NCBI RefSeq assembly: GCF_963921235.1
Contig: NC_086097.1
Location: 140,184,001 to 140,248,000, forward strand
Direction of reading: 5' to 3'
Length of the DNA: 64,000 bases
DNA from: Mobula hypostoma
Lineage: Eukaryota
Below are positions 62,109 through 64,000 of the stretch, in pieces; the first letter of the stretch is position 1; every line of letters begins with the position of its first letter. The notes under the pieces are model-generated. The model searched no databases. It had not been told where the DNA came from and saw nothing but the letters and a program-made list of their open reading frames with translations. The position numbers were made by a program, and so were the translations under genes.

Positions 62109-63254
62109 GCTAAAAGAAGAGATAGTAAGAGATTTGAAAGTGGGAGGGGGAGGGGGAGATCCGAAATGATAGGAGAAGACAGGAGGGGGAGGGATGGAGC
62201 TAAGAGTTGGAAAGTTGATTGGCAAAAGGGATACGAGGCTGGAGAAGGGAGAGGATCATGGGACAGGAGGCCCAGAGAGAAAGAAAGGGGGAGGGAAGCC
62301 CAGAGGATGGGCAAGGAGTATAATGAGAGGGACAGAGGGAGAAAAAAAAGAGGAAAAAAAAATAAATAACAGATGGGGTATGAAGGGGAGATGGGGCATT
62401 AACAGAAGTTAGAGAGGTCAATGTTCATGCCATCAGGTTGGAGGCTACCCAGATGGAATATAAGGTGTTGTTCCTCCAACCTGAGTGTGGTTTCATCTCG
62501 ACAGTAGAGGAGGCTGTGGATAGACATATCAGAACGGGAATGGGATGTGGAATTAAAATGTGTGGCCACTGGGAGATCCTGCTTTCTCTGGCGGACAGAG
62601 CATAGGTGTTCAGCGAAACGGTCTCCCAGCCTGCGTCAGGTCTAGCCAATATATAAAAGGTCGCATCGGGAGCACCAGACGCAGTATATAACCCCAGCCG
62701 ACTCAGGGGTGAAGCGTCGCCTCACCTGGAAGGACTGTCTGGGGCCTTGAATAGCGGTGAGGGAGGAAGTGTAAGGGTACTTGTAGCACTTGTTCTGCTT
62801 ACAAGGATAAGTGCCGGGAGGGAAATTGGTGGGAAGGGATAGGGGGGACAAATGGACAAGGGAGTCGCGTAGGGAGCGATCCCTGCGGAAAGCGGAAAGA
62901 GTGGGGCAGGGAAAGATGTGCTTAGTGGTGGGATCCGGCTGGAGGTGGCAGAAGTTACAGAGAATTATATGTTGGACCCGGAGGCTGGTGGGGTGGTAGG
63001 TGAGGACCAGGGGAACCCTATTCCTAGTGGGGTGGCGGGAGGATGGGGTGAGAGCAGATGTGCGTGAAATGGGAGAGATGCGTTTGAGAGCAGAGTTGAT
63101 GGTGGAGGAAGGGAAGCCCCTTTCTTTAAAAAAGGAGAACATCTCCTTCGTCTTGGAATGAAAAGCCTCATCCAGAGAGCAGATGCGGCGGAGACGGAGG
63201 AATTGCGAGAAGGGGATGGCATTTTTTCCATCTCTTACTATCTCTTCTTTCAGT

Positions 63255-63292
63255 TAGTCCTGACAAAGGGTCTCGGCCTGAAACGTCGACTG
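63255..63292 (+). ncRNA. Minimal hammerhead ribozyme motif (G8 changed to A, likely inactive)
   Basis: TAGTC CTGACAA AGGGTCTCGGCCT GAAAC GTC^GACTG. Confidence 0.68.
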
Positions 63293-64000
63293 TACCTCTT
63301 CCTATAGATGTTGCCTGGCCTGCTGCGTTCAAGAGTAAATAAGTGGCTGTTTTGACTAGTTGTGAACTTCAAGACTTTAATTAGTATCTGCAGGTTGTTA
63401 TACATTGAATTTTAAGTATGACCCAACAACTTAGCAGTTCAGTGTTACTACATAAATTTGAGTGTTACCATAAATAAATTAAGGAAAAGCTATCAATTTG
63501 CATTACCAGCCACACTTTAACCCATGCCCAATTTACAACAGAAGTGGTAATCCTTCAAGCTATAAACATCAGATCAAAACTTTGATCTCAACATAGTAAA
63601 TTTGTGAGCTCATCAAGTGCCTGTAAAATTGCAGAGTACAACACAGCTGCTTATTGTTAAAATTACTCCAGTTATGATATTAAAATAGAAATTCAATTAA
63701 TACTCTACAAGACTGCTATTTAATAAAACTGTTCTTTAAAGTTGCGGTAATTTTAGACATAATATTTTACAATAATTCAGTATTCTTTAACTAGAATAAA
63801 GCCTATCTGTTAGAATATTAACAATTTTGACCAGAGTTGCAAACACTAATCTGTCAAATTTCAGATAATCTACAATGCTACCCTTCAAGTGTCTGATACA
63901 GGCACTAGTACAAATCACCATAGGACAGGGTTTCACTGGTAGCTTTTATAGCCAGTTTACTTCAGCAACTGGCTGAATCGTTGGGAATTTGACTGCAACA

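Larger units (their letters stand above)
61974..63330 (-). mobile_element. Young Penelope-like insertion: minus 3' fragment 61974-63226 plus inverted partial pLTR 63230-63330
   Basis: MFSFFKERGFP...RVPLVLTYHP...PGTYPC...VIYCVWCSRCDLLYIG (GIY-YIG), followed by the pLTR. TSD AAGAATAAATAAGT (61960-61973) and AAGAGTAAATAAGT (63331-63344). Confidence 0.95.

Overview
Repeat-dense eukaryotic DNA, intronic or intergenic. The mix of CR1/HER1-type LINEs, V-SINE/HE1-like SINEs, Rex1/Babar LINEs and Penelope-like elements (PLEs) points to a cartilaginous fish, probably a ray (inference from recognised repeat families, not from a search). No host protein-coding gene could be identified, and every long ORF I could recognise is a decayed transposon fragment or its antisense shadow. 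The main signal is a PLE system. Ten copies of its pseudo-LTR (pLTR) carry a minimal type I hammerhead ribozyme motif (AGTC-CTGAnGA-stem II-GAAAC-GTH^GACT, helix III reduced to the palindrome ACGT). pLTR sequence occurs in a 3' PLE fragment, in fold-back insertions bounded by ~14 bp target duplications, in short solo units that start at the ribozyme, and in small hairpin elements. Other clear structures are an L1 with a twin-priming 5' inversion and 8 bp TSD, a nearly palindromic mariner-derived MITE with five TIR copies, an internally deleted hAT element with a perfect 8 bp TSD, a truncated Tc1, RTE fragments, a tRNA-headed SINE with TSD, nested insertions and minisatellites. Boundaries of old repeats are approximate and were read by eye.
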